This document shows positions 21,344-33,173 of a stretch of 64,000 nucleotides of DNA, piece after piece. This stretch comes from Heteronotia binoei. Lineage: Eukaryota. The first letter of the stretch is position 1, and the number at the start of each line of letters is the position of its first letter. Position numbers and translations under genes: made by a program. The DNA lies in assembly GCF_032191835.1 (NCBI RefSeq), contig NC_083237.1:18290001-18354000 (forward strand), read 5' to 3'. The notes beneath the pieces are model-generated. The model was given only the letters and a program-made list of their open reading frames with translations. It searched no databases and was not told the DNA's origin.

Positions 21344-22619
21344 TAAAGGGAACTATTACAGGCAGCAAAGGCAACGGAAGTGGGACCTTGAATGGCTGAC
21401 AGAGTCCAGGGGAAAAAGGCATTTGTGCTTCTTAAAGGAAATTATGATCCTTGGTAAAATTGTGGCTAGAAAAGAGAGAATCTGACCAATAAAACTGAGG
21501 GATTGTGAGGTATTCCAGGATTGTCAGCTGCATTCATAATTTGTACTTAATTGTTAAGACAAAGTGCTTTCCTCCAGTTAGACTCTTCAGATTCCAATTT
21601 CATTCAAAGACATCCTGCCATCTTTATCTATGGACACTGCCATGTTATTTTTCTATGCTACTGAGGAATGAAGTATCTCTGAAAAATGTGTGGAGGTCCC
21701 TACCTGCCCGCAAGGAGGGTCTCTCATTCAGTGCACTGAACAACTGGAAGACCAGACATTTCCTCTCACAAAACCCCTTTTGATCATTCCCAGGTCTGTG
21801 AAAAAAATTAAAATGTGTTTTGATTGATTTCCCTTCTCTTCCTCTCTTTCCCCACTCCAACACCAGTTTCAGAGCATCTATCTCAACTAGTATTTGTATA
21901 CTCTCATATGGAATGGAAACTTTTGAAACTCTTGCTGATGCTGACAATTTCTCTGTCGTCATCTCATGTTTCTTGGTTCTGGTGGAAGAGTTCCATTCTG
22001 TGTGTTCATTTTACACCTGGTGTTACACTAGCCATAAGTGGCGTGAGACAAGCCAGCTATTTCATGGTGAATTCTGTCCAATTCATTTCTTCTGAGGTGT
22101 TATAGAAAATCATGAAAATAGAAATCGTAAAGAGACAATCTGCTTTTCACATCCTCTAGTTTTGATGGCATGAGCTATGTACTTTGTAAACCTCTCACCT
22201 CATCCTAACTGGAAAGCACAAGATATATAGCAGTACTAGCAATACAGAATGTCTATTTAAGAGATTGGTTTATTAAGTATGCAGACTGATCACATGGTAA
22301 ACCAGTGTGGCATGGCCATTCCTTTTGTAATTCACCTAGATTTAAAGAAGCACCAATTGGCAGAGGACTTTATTACCTTTTATGGCTATCCAGACCAAAT
22401 GGCCAAGCCACACTGGTTTACCATGTGATCAGTCTGCATACTTAATCAACAGACTGCTGGTATTTCAGCCCACAATACCTGAGCCCCTCATCTGATGAAG
22501 TGTGCTTAAAGAGCACACGAAAGCTTATGTTCTGAAAAAAACTTGGTTGGTCTTAAAGGTGCTTCTTGACTCCTGCTTTGTTCAACATATATGCATACAA
22601 ATAGATAAAACTTGCCAAT

Positions 22620-23830
22620 GTGAGTCAAGACAAAAGAACCTTCTAAAAGGGTCTATAATCTGTACAAAAATAAGTCAATCTGTCTAATACAAATTTAAAT
22701 TACAACACATTACTGTGTATAAGAAGAGCAGCCTGCAAAAACATTGCCACAGCATCAGTTGTGTCTCCATCTTTGTTGTTTAATAGATACAGCAGTTTAT
22801 ATGAATCGGGAAGCTCTAAGATGCTATCAAGAATTAACGATTAAATGCTACGCTAAATATTAACATAATAAAAGCATTCTAACAACACATGAGGCACAGT
22901 TTCAAGGGACCCACTTGCACATGAGCATGGTCTTTTAGCAAAAGATCTCCCAGTTAAAATCACTGAAGGGAGGGGCATGGAACCAAGCAAGAGAAAAGAT
23001 TCTGCGTAATGCTGGAGTCTGAAGTTGGTAAAAGTAGCTAGCAGTGGATAAGATCCCATGACTAAGAGACAAGCATGTCGTTAGCTGCATTGTACAGTTC
23101 AGATAGCTCTACCTCAAATAATCTGTCCTTTATTGTTCACACCACTCGTAAAAAGCAACGTCACCCCAGAGTCGGAAACGACTGGTGCTTGCACAGGGGA
23201 CCTTTCCTTTCCTTTCCTATTGTTCACATTGCCTCTAATTCTGAAAGGGAGAGAAGAGATTCAAAGGAAATATTCAATGTTCTTAGTTTGTTTTCGATAT
23301 TCACCAGCCATGGGGAAATATTAGATTCTGTCAAGAATTGGCCACAGTAGCTAGAGGGCTCAGATCTATAGTGCAATTGAAGCCAAAATTTAAAGATCAT
23401 AGACCTCGCACTTGTGGTCATAAAATTTCGCCACATTCCAGGCATAAGGCAGCATATGGTACGCAAGACGAAACACCCAAAATCTTCTGTAGAAAGCCTG
23501 ATTGTACTTGTTCAACTGCTTTATTTATAGAGTAATTGAGGGTCAGTTTTCAAATTAAAAACTTTGAGCACAGCTGGAACATATTGATTCCCTTTTTCAG
23601 AGAAACAGTAGTGCAGAAGTTAGTTAACATTTGCTTTAGCATTATTAATTGTTACTCTGCATTGTTGGGTCCATGATGTAGTAGCCTGGAAATGTTACCG
23701 TAAGTATTTAAAGTGTATTACTTGCTTGAGCTCATGGTCACCCACCCTTCAAGTATATTGCTTCCTAGATTTGGAGAAGACTAACACTTTTGATTTCTCA
23801 TAATTTAATTCTAATTGATTGATTTTACAG
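22620..23830 (-). mobile_element. Degenerate RTE-X-like LINE fragment (paralog of 2040-3300)
   Basis: Near-identical to copy 1 with small indels. Confidence 0.6.
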
Positions 23831-24272
23831 TACTTTTGGCAGCGATTTAATAGCCAAAGTAAAAAATAAATAACCATTGACTTATTTTGATTTCTGGGGT
23901 CTGGCACTTAGAACTTGTGAGCATCTTTTTGCAGAAATTTCATTCCTACCTACCTCATGCAGAAGATTACTCAAAGCGCATGTTTTGCTATTACTTTTTA
24001 TAATTCATTATTTATAAGAACCTAGAGGAATAATACATTCTGTGAATTTAGGGAGAGGTATTTTTGTGTTTTCTACATTGTGCAGGGGGTTGGCCCTGGA
24101 GGTCTCTTTTAGCTCTATGATTCTATGACTAAATGGATGTGATCTGAAACGTGGACATCCCCTCTCCTCCGTAACTGGATGCCATGTCTTTTTAGCATTT
24201 CTCTTTCTATGGAGACAAATAGCAAGATAACAGTATATGGTATGCAATGATGACTCTGTTCTCTAATTCCAG

Positions 24273-25232
24273 ATGGAGTTCACCAACGGGACAGTTCAGG
24301 AATTCATTTTGGTGGGCTTTAAAGTCGGGCAACTGCAACGACTCCTGCTCCTCACCTTTTTCACTATTCTTTACATGCTTGCCATAGTAGAGAACATCAC
24401 CATCATAACGTTGGTGCATCTTGACACCCACTTGTCCCGGCTTCCCATGTACATCCTCCTGAGCAACTTCTCATGGCTGGAGATCTGCTATGTGAGCACC
24501 ACGGTGCCCCGCATGCTCTTAGACCTGGCATTGTCCAACAAGTTCATCTCCTTCAGTTCCTGCTTCCTCCAGTTCTACGTATTTTTCTCTCTTGGCAGTA
24601 CTGAAGCCTTCTTCGTCTCTTCTATGGCCTTGGATCGGTACTTGGCCATCTGCCACCCACTGCGATATCCACAGATCATGTCCCCAAATTTTTGCTACAT
24701 CCTAGTAACTGCTTCTTGGGTCCTTGGCTTCCTGGCATACATTGTCCCAGTCACACTGATCTCCAAGATGTCTTTCTGTGGTCCTAACATCATTGACCAT
24801 TTTTTGTGTGACCCTGGGCCAATTCTGGCTTTGGTTTGTCCTCCACTACCAAAGGCTCCCCTCGTTAGTCTGATTTTCATGGATGTTGTGGTGATCCTCG
24901 GCAACATCGTGTTTGCTGTGCTTTCCTACAGTTCTGTGATTGTCACTTTGATGAAAAACTCTAGCAAAGGCAATCGGTTAAAGTCTTTCTCCACCATATC
25001 ATTCCACTTGTTGGTGGTCACGCTTTTATATGGCCCTCCAGCAGGGCTGTATGTAAACCCAGGAAGAGAAACGGATTCAAATGTCATTAAGACAGTAACA
25101 CTCTTCTATACTGCCTTAACACCCTTTCTCAACCCCCTGATTTACTGTCTGAGGAATGATCAGGTAAAGGAGGTGCTGTTCCGATTATGGAGGAGAAAAA
25201 CGGTCTTTTTGAAAAGAAAAGTGACCGTGTAA
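24273..25232 (+). CDS. Olfactory receptor A2, intact, 319 aa (OR11-like)
   Basis: Same OR motifs as A1 with a complete ORF. Confidence 0.95.
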   Translation: MEFTNGTVQEFILVGFKVGQLQRLLLLTFFTILYMLAIVENITIITLVHLDTHLSRLPMYILLSNFSWLEICYVSTTVPRMLLDLALSNKFISFSSCFLQFYVFFSLGSTEAFFVSSMALDRYLAICHPLRYPQIMSPNFCYILVTASWVLGFLAYIVPVTLISKMSFCGPNIIDHFLCDPGPILALVCPPLPKAPLVSLIFMDVVVILGNIVFAVLSYSSVIVTLMKNSSKGNRLKSFSTISFHLLVVTLLYGPPAGLYVNPGRETDSNVIKTVTLFYTALTPFLNPLIYCLRNDQVKEVLFRLWRRKTVFLKRKVTV

Positions 25233-25692
25233 AAAAAGAGGAACATGCCACAGTACTCTCCAAGATAAAGCTGATGCAGTCAGTGCTAGACAACAAAGGC
25301 ACAGATCGCTATTCAGTGTTTCTGACTCCTTTTGTGCACTGGAAGGCAACAGTACACATTTCCACAAGAATACTGTGCAAGCACTTTTCAAATTTATATA
25401 ATGTAACATACAATAAAATGAATTGTCCATTATTTTATAAGGCACTCACAACTGTACAATTCTTATGCATTCCAGCTAGTTCGATAAATATAACTGTATG
25501 TGGAAATCATTCTTGTTTCTCTATATGATCTAACTGTAAGTAACGCTAATTTGTATGTGTAGACACATCATAGGGATGGTTTTACTGTTATTCACTCAAT
25601 ACAGAATGGTTATTTCCTAAAAATTAGATAAATACTTTTCTGAGTTTGAAACATGAATGATCCCTTTCTCCCCAAAATGCCATCGAGAACAC

Positions 25693-25954
25693 CAGGGCTT
25701 TTTTAATAGAAAAAGCCCAGTTGGAACTCATTTGCATATTAGGCCACACCCCTAAAATCAGCACTATTCCATATAGTGAAATAGCAGGAACTCATTTGCA
25801 TATTAGACCACACCCACTGATATCACAATTGTTTCACGTAAGCTTTTTTGTAGAAAAAGCCCAGGAGGAACTCATTTGCATATTATGCCACACCCCCTGC
25901 AACCAAGCCCACCAGAACTGTGTTCCTGTGCGTTCCTGGTCAAAAAAAACCCTG
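25693..25954. mobile_element. hAT-type MITE with octamer-containing repeats (paralog)
   Basis: CAGGGCTTTTT...AAAAAAAACCCTG. Confidence 0.65.
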
Positions 25955-26499
25955 GAGAACATGATGGTGTTTGATTGTCCCTTTCCTAATACCTGATATG
26001 GGCAGTGGAGATGTTTTACTTCTGAAAGGCTTTCCTCCCTTCCTAACATAACAGGTCTCAAGGTTTGCATTTTCCAGGGTTCCTTGCATCCATACTAAGG
26101 ACTTCATGCCCTGGGCCAAACTACTTCCCCGAGTCCCATTGCCAGAGTCCCTGAAACACAGAGCATCGTATCCTCCAATGCTTGTCTGTGAGGATGGAGC
26201 TGCAGCGGATGAAATTATCATCCAATTTTGAGAAGACATCTTGATGCAAATTCACAATGCCACTGAGTAATATAACAAGATGTATTTTATTAATGTAACT
26301 ATGACCTGGATGACCCAAGCTGGCTTGATCTTGCCTGATCTCCAAAGCTAAACGAGGACACCTTGGTTGATACTTGGATGCGAGACCTACAAGAAAGTCC
26401 AGAGTCACTATGCAGTGGCGGACAATAATAAGCCACTTCTGATGCAGTAGTTGCGATAACATCTCTTTGCTGCAATCCCTGCTGCTTTATAGGTCTTTC

Positions 26500-26682
26500 C
26501 AGGGCTTTTTTTTTGTGGCAGGAACTCCTTTGCATATTAGGCCACATACCTCTGATGTAGCCAATCCTCCTAGAGTTTACAGCAGGCCCTGTACCAAGAG
26601 CCCTGCAAGCTCTTGAAGGATTGGCTACATCAGGGGGTGTAGCCTAATATGCAAAGGAGTTCCTGCCACAAAAAAAGCCCTG
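26500..26682. mobile_element. Palindromic hAT-type MITE (paralog)
   Basis: Inverted arms with TSD-like GGTCTTTC/GGTCTTCT. Confidence 0.8.
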
Positions 26683-27385
26683 GGTCTTCTAAAGAGCACT
26701 GTAGCACCATCTGTCAGATTTAGTGTGAGATCTCTGCCAAGGTCATTCTAGATGTCTCCTGGACCTCTTCCAGTCACCCAGCCCTGTGACTTCCACAAGA
26801 GGTCAATGAGAGGTAAAAATTCAATAACTTCAAGGAGGTTTACAGTCCACATTCCCACTGCAACCTCGAGAGAACAAATATTTGGGATCCTACAGTTCCC
26901 CCGAGCATTTTGAAATCCTGAAGGATCCCTGACCCTTCACAAGCAGAGCATTGTATGCTGGGTCCCTTTCCGGTAGGGTGTCCTGGCCACTTTCACCTTT
27001 GCCCTTTGTAGCAGAATGGTCCTGCTCTGTCCTAGGCCCTGTGCTACTCTGCCCTCCAAGGCTTTCCTAACCACCATCACCACCTGCCCTTTGTAGGAAT
27101 TGCCCCTGTGGTGGTCAGGACTCCCAACTTCCCTTCCAAGTTCTGAGGCCTTGCCCTTGCATCTACTCTGCACCTGGTTACCATGGGAACAGCTTACTGC
27201 CTTGAGCACCACTGGGGGAACAGCCACTTGCCAACTGACTGTCCTCTCCTTCCTCCTGGTACTCCTTCTAAAATAGGATGTCCAAGATGGTGGAGGTCTG
27301 TGTAGCACAGAGAACCACTAAAAAGATCAAAAGATATAAAGCAGGGACATCAAACTCATTTGTTATGAGGGCCAGATCTGACATA

Positions 27386-30188
27386 TAATAATAATAACTT
27401 TTTATTTCTATCCCGCCCTCCCCGCCGGGGCAGGCTCAGGGCGGCTCACAACATAAAATACATTATACTTCAGTTTACTTATAAAATCACAGTTAAAACA
27501 ATTTACAAATTATTAAAATTAACAATAACAATATCAACATGGTGCTAAGCGTTAGATCTTCAGCAGAATCCAGTAATTAAAAACATTTTCAATGGCACTT
27601 CCCGGTTTATCAGTGGTTGAAGGCTATTTTGAAGAGGTGGGTCTTACAGGCCCTACGGAATTGATCTAAGCATCGTAGGGCCCGCACCTCCTCCGGGAGT
27701 TGATTCCACAGCAGTGGAGCAGCAATAGAGAAGGCCCGGTCTCGGGTGGCCTTCAATCTGGCCTCCCTTGGCCCAGGGATATTCAGCTGGTTTTTTCCAG
27801 CTGACCTCAGCGCTCTCTGGGGCTCATATGGGGAGAGACGGTCCCTCAGGTAGGCAGGTCTTCGGCCATATAAGGCTTTAAAGGTGATAACCAGCACCTT
27901 GTAACGAACTCGGTATACCACTGGCAGCCAGTGCAGTCCGCGTAGCCCCGGCTGTATGTGCTCCCACCTTGGGAGCCCCAACAGTAGCCTAGCCGCCGCG
28001 TTCTGCACCTGCTGCAGCCGCCAAGTTCGGCACAAGGGCAGCCCCATGTAGAGGGCGTTGCAGTAATCTAATCTCGAGGTGACCGTAGCATGGATCACCG
28101 TTGCTAGGTCACGGCGATCCAGGAAGGGGGCCAACTGCTTCGCCCATCGAAGATGAAAGAACGCGGAGTTGGCAGCGGCTGCTATCTGTGCCTCCATTGA
28201 TAGTGAAGGCTCCAGAAGAACCCCCAAGCTCTTGACCTTATGGGCTGCTTTCAGCAGCACACCATCAAAAGTCGGCAAGGGGATTTCCCTTCCCAGGGCA
28301 CCACGACCCAAGCAAAGGACCTCTGTCTTCGTTGGATTCAACTTCAGCCTGTTCAGTCTGAGCCAACCTGCCACGGCTTGCAATGGTAGGTCCAGGCTTT
28401 CTGGAACGGAGTCAGGTCGGCCGTCCATTAGTAGATAGAGCTGGGTGTCATCTGCGTATTGATGGCACCCAAGCCCAAACCTCCGGGCAATCTGGGCAAG
28501 GGGGCGCATGTAGATGTTAAACAACATCGGGGAGAGAACTGCCCCTTGTGGCACTCCGCATACTAGTGGGTGCCTCCGGGACAGCTCCCCTCCAATTGCC
28601 ACCCTTTGTCCCCGTCCATCAAGGAAGGAGGAGAGCCACTGTAAGGCCAACCCCCTTATCCCTGCGTCGGCGAGCCGGCGGGCCAGTAGCCGATGATCGA
28701 CCGTGTCGAACGCGGCCGACAGGTCCAACAACATCAGCACCTCCACACCGCCTCGATCCAGATGCCGCTGGAGGTCATCCACTAAGGCGACCAGCACTGT
28801 CTCCGTCCCATGACCCGGACGAAAGCCAGACTGGTAAGGGTCTAAGGCGGAAGTGTCATCCAAAAAATTCTGCAGCTGTAACGCCACTGCCCTCTCTATG
28901 ACCTTACCTAAAAATGGTAGGTTCGAGACCGGTCGGTAATTCGCCAATTCGGCCGGATCTGCTGTACTCTTTTTTAGGAGAGGGCGGACCATAGCCTCTT
29001 TCAGAGATGTTGGAAATTGCCCTTCCAAGAGGGATCTATTTATGATATCCCGTACAGGATATCTAAGCTCCCTCTGGCAAGATTTAATTAGCCAGGAGGG
29101 GCATGGGTCAAGATCGCAAGTTGTAGGGCGTACAGTTGAGAGAATTTCGTCGACTTCCCCAAGACTGAGCGCGTCGAAGTGATCCAAGATAACATCAGAA
29201 GACAGGCACGGAGCCCCGGGTTCTTGTACTGCATCCAATGTGGCAGGAAGGTCCTGGCGGAGCAACAAGATTTTATCTGCAAAAAATTTTGCAAAAGCCT
29301 CACAGCCTATTTCCAATTCTCTCATATTTGGTCTGCCTTGAGGCAGAGTGGTCAAATTCTCAATTATCTTAAATAATTGTGCCGGGCGCGAATTTGCAGA
29401 TGCAATCCTAGTCACAAAGTAATCCTTCTTTGCGGCTTTGACTGCCATCTCATAAGACTTCATAAACATTCTATAGGATGTTCTTGTCGCTTCGTCACGA
29501 GTATGCCGCCACCGCCTCTCTAGTCGTTTGAGTCCCTGTTTCAGCTGGCGTAGCTCCAAGGTGTACCAAGGAGCCAGCCTACTTCGAAGGTGCAGAGGAC
29601 GCTGGGGTGCAATCTCGTTGATGGCTCTAGATAGCCTGTCATGCCAGGTCTCTACCAGGCCATCAAGGGAATTGCTAGGGGGCCAGGGATCCCGCAGAGC
29701 CCTTTGGAACAGCTCTGGGTCCATCAGACTCCGCGGGCGAGCCAAAATAGGCTCGCTGCCCGTACAGGGTTGGGGTGGCACACCCACACGAGCCTTGAGG
29801 GCTAGGTGGTCTGACCATGGCACCGATTCTGCTGCGATACCGTCCACCAGAATCCCGGACGCAAAGATCAAGTCTAACATGTGCCCGGCCTGATGCGTGG
29901 GGGTGGTGACAAATTGGGAGAGTCCCAGTGTCGCCATGGAAGACACTAGATCCAGCGCCTGATTGGAGGCCATGTCGTCCACATGGACGTTGAAGTCACC
30001 CAAGACCATAAGTCTTGGGAACTCCAACGCCCAGCCCGCCACCGCCTCCATCAGGGCTGGTAAGGTGCTGGCTGGTGCGTTAGGCGGACGGTACACCAGC
30101 CAGATCGCCAACCCCTACCCCACTCCCCATGCCAGACCGGCACATTCCAAGCCCTCGATCGTTGGGGCTGGGAGAGCCCCAACGATCA
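27386..30188 (-). mobile_element. L2-clade LINE, 5'-truncated, young
   Basis: (TAT)n 3' tail and ACATA on both sides (27381-27385, 30189-30193). Inserted in the hAT element starting at 27342 and absent from copy 1. Confidence 0.9.
27610..30111 (-). CDS. L2 ORF2 (partial APE endonuclease + RT), 833 aa uninterrupted
   Basis: VYRPP, GDFNVH, SDH, NYRPVSNLPF, LLDLSAAFDTVDH, GVPQGAVLSP, YADDTQLY, SRLDYCN and RAFSIAAPLLWNQLP. Confidence 0.92.
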   Translation of the reverse strand: MAIWLVYRPPNAPASTLPALMEAVAGWALEFPRLMVLGDFNVHVDDMASNQALDLVSSMATLGLSQFVTTPTHQAGHMLDLIFASGILVDGIAAESVPWSDHLALKARVGVPPQPCTGSEPILARPRSLMDPELFQRALRDPWPPSNSLDGLVETWHDRLSRAINEIAPQRPLHLRSRLAPWYTLELRQLKQGLKRLERRWRHTRDEATRTSYRMFMKSYEMAVKAAKKDYFVTRIASANSRPAQLFKIIENLTTLPQGRPNMRELEIGCEAFAKFFADKILLLRQDLPATLDAVQEPGAPCLSSDVILDHFDALSLGEVDEILSTVRPTTCDLDPCPSWLIKSCQRELRYPVRDIINRSLLEGQFPTSLKEAMVRPLLKKSTADPAELANYRPVSNLPFLGKVIERAVALQLQNFLDDTSALDPYQSGFRPGHGTETVLVALVDDLQRHLDRGGVEVLMLLDLSAAFDTVDHRLLARRLADAGIRGLALQWLSSFLDGRGQRVAIGGELSRRHPLVCGVPQGAVLSPMLFNIYMRPLAQIARRFGLGCHQYADDTQLYLLMDGRPDSVPESLDLPLQAVAGWLRLNRLKLNPTKTEVLCLGRGALGREIPLPTFDGVLLKAAHKVKSLGVLLEPSLSMEAQIAAAANSAFFHLRWAKQLAPFLDRRDLATVIHATVTSRLDYCNALYMGLPLCRTWRLQQVQNAAARLLLGLPRWEHIQPGLRGLHWLPVVYRVRYKVLVITFKALYGRRPAYLRDRLSPYEPQRALRSAGKNQLNIPGPREARLKATRDRAFSIAAPLLWNQLPEEVRALRCLDQFRRACKTHLFKIAFNH

Positions 30189-30736
30189 ACATAAATTAGA
30201 ACTTGTCAGGCCAGGCCATGCATGCATAAAATGTAATGCCAGGTAGTACCATTGAACCACAGCCCCTCCCTCATCATGGTTATAGTGAATGGGCATCTTT
30301 TAAACTCTTGTGAGAGATCCAGTGTCCAAGGAGGTCTTATTAAGAATCATTATACAAAGCTTGATTGGAGTCCAGTAGCTACAACAATTCTTGCGTCATA
30401 AGCTTTCAGGAGTCAAAAAATGTTTAAAGGTTCAGGAGGGGCACCCGTGTGTTTCTCCGTTGTTATGTCTTGAAATGTAAGCTAATGTACCGTTTGGCGA
30501 TCGCTACAGAGGCGACCAGGGAAAATCCACTGGTCCCCGGATGTAGCTCGCTAGACGCTCCGCCCATCAAGATCTGTGGCGGGAAGTTTGACTGGCCAGG
30601 ATTGGACTGGTCAGACTGGGGGATAGTTCCGGGAAATGTATATAAGTGGGACCCGGCCCGTGTGTTCTCTCTCTTGTAATGTACCACCAAATAAAGCATG
30701 TTGCCTTCAACCTGTCTCGTCACTCAGTACATTACA

Positions 30737-33173
30737 TGAAAATATATGCGTAATAGGAGATTTTAACGCCGTAAATTGCCCGAAATTAGATAGAAGCCCT
30801 AGAAATAATTAAAAAAATAAGGCGGCGGGAAGTAACATCCTCCTAGAGGTCTTTTATAGAATGGCGGATGAATTTGTTTTAGTGGATGTGTGGTGCACCA
30901 TGAATCCAAACAAAAAGGATTTTACGTTTTTTTCGAACAGACATAATTCATGGTCGCATATTGATATGGTTTGGGCATCTTTGGGATTTATGAAATCAGT
31001 TGAAGATATAGAAATTCTTCCACGTACAACAGCGGATCACAATCTATTATGTTACATATGAGCTGTGGAAGGAAAAAAATGGGATGGAGAATGAATCCTA
31101 AACTAATGGAAAACAAAAAATTTATAGAGTATGCAGCAGAGGAGATGAAATATTTTTTTCAATCTAATGTACAGGAGGAGATATCTTATAATACTGTTTG
31201 GGATACAAGTAAGGCGTTCTTCAGAGGTTTAGTCATAAACTTTAATACCCATAAGAGACGTGAAAAAATAGAGTCTTAGCAGAATTGACAAATTCAATAA
31301 GGCATAAAGAAAGGCAATTAAAAGGAAACCCAACAACATAAGATTCATTTAATATTTTTGGAGGAAATGGAGAAAAAAATACGTTATGCCAAACAACAAT
31401 TTTTTGAGAGTGCGAATAAACCAGGAAAATGGTTAGCATATAAGATTAGGAAAGAACGAGAAAGAAAAATTATAAAGCTGTTGAAAGATAAAGAGGGGAG
31501 GCGCAGATCGCTTTTAGAGGAAATGAAACTATAGTACAAGATTTTTATACGAAACTATATAGTGCAACGGATGTAAATAGGATAAAAAAAGAATATTTAA
31601 TCAATAAACTATCTCAAAAATTAACAGAAGAACAGAAAATATTAATGAATAGCCCTTTTACGATGTTTGAATTAGAAGAAGCATGGAGCAAATTAAAGAA
31701 GAATAAAGCGGCTGGCCCAGACAGTATCCCAGCAGAGTACTATATTGTTTTTAAGGATAATATTATAAATCAGTTTAAAAGCTTAATTGATGAGGTGTGG
31801 CTATTAGCTAAGATGTCAGATTCACGGAAACAAGCGAACGTTGCTCTTATCCCAAAAACAGAAGAAGAGTCTGATGAGATTAGGAATTTACAGGCTGTAT
31901 TAGGGATTAGGGATTTACAGGCTGTATGGCATGCAAATTTGTGGTACATAGAGAAAGCCCAAAAATATTTTAGAAACCACCTCATTCGAAAAGCACTCTA
32001 TGATGTGTGGATAAAAATTAAAAGACAAATATATAATAAAACACCAAGGTGGATATCTCCAGAAGAAGCGTCAAACAGTCATGGAATTATAAAAAGGTGA
32101 TAAGATACCAAGAGCTGTTAGATGAGAAAGATAAATTAAAGAAGAAGGAGGACTTGGAATCTTTAGGGATAAAATTAGATTGGTGGGTAATGACACAGAT
32201 TGTTACAAAATATAATAAGGATAAAGCATTAGGTTTTACAAAACATAATTTTGATTTTGATAAAATAATATCTACAAATGAAGATAAAGTAATTAAAAAG
32301 GTTTATAACTATCTTACCCAAATAAAATTAGAAGACGAAACAGTGAAAGAAGTGATGATTAAATGGTCAAAAAATCTGGAGAAGAATATTAATTTAGAAC
32401 AATGGTCCCTCTTCCGGAAAATTAATTATAAGATTATCAAACCTGTTAATTTTAGAGAAAATTTTTTAAAACTTTTCCATAGATGGTATATCAATCCAGT
32501 GCAACTGAATAAAATTAATACAGCAATATCACCCAATGTTGGAAATGTGGAACAGTGTTAGGCTCCTTCTTCCACCTTTGGTGGACATCTAAAATATCAA
32601 AAAGATTTTGGATAAAAATACATGGAATGCTAAAGGAGATTTTAAATATAGACTTACAACTTAAACCCGAGACAATGTTGTTATCACTAGTCAAAAATGA
32701 AATTCCACAGGAAGATGAATATTTAACGGTGTATATTCTCACAGCAGCAAGAATTGTATTTGCCAAATATTGGAGACAAATGAGATGTCCGGAGCAGGAT
32801 GAGGTGGTGGGAAAGATCCTGCAAGCCGCAGAAATGGATATTTTATCCAATCTAATGAAAGGGATGTCGAAAATGGATGCTGAAAAAAAATGGGAAAAAT
32901 TTTATAGTTGGTTAAAAAAAAAGTAAATTGGCGAGTTTAGAAAATTATGTTATATTAGTGATGAAAAGTAATGTTATAATTTTTTATGATTTTAATTAGG
33001 ATGATTATTTAAAAAGTATTTAAAAAATTATAGTTTGTTTCACAACCAACCTCTTTTAGGATAAACAGTAAGATGACTATTGTGGTAATATTTTTGTCTG
33101 TTTTCTTTTGCTTTAATGATGTAAAAAGCTGGAAAATTTAATTGAAGTAATAAAATATTATATTAAAAAAAAA
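30737..33173 (+). mobile_element. L1-clade LINE ORF2 remnant with RT core deleted
   Basis: IGDFNAV, FTFFSNRH..SHID..ADHN (endonuclease), FESANKPGK, KAAGPDSIPAEYY, C-terminal LFHRWY..SFFHLWW, AT-rich 3'UTR, AATAAA and poly(A) at 33165-33173. Confidence 0.85.

Noticed and set aside
24273-25232. B-like residues in A2 (AYIVP, YTAL, WRRK) as B-to-A2 conversion
   Set aside because: They are equally explained by A1-specific mutations, and polarity cannot be set without an outgroup.
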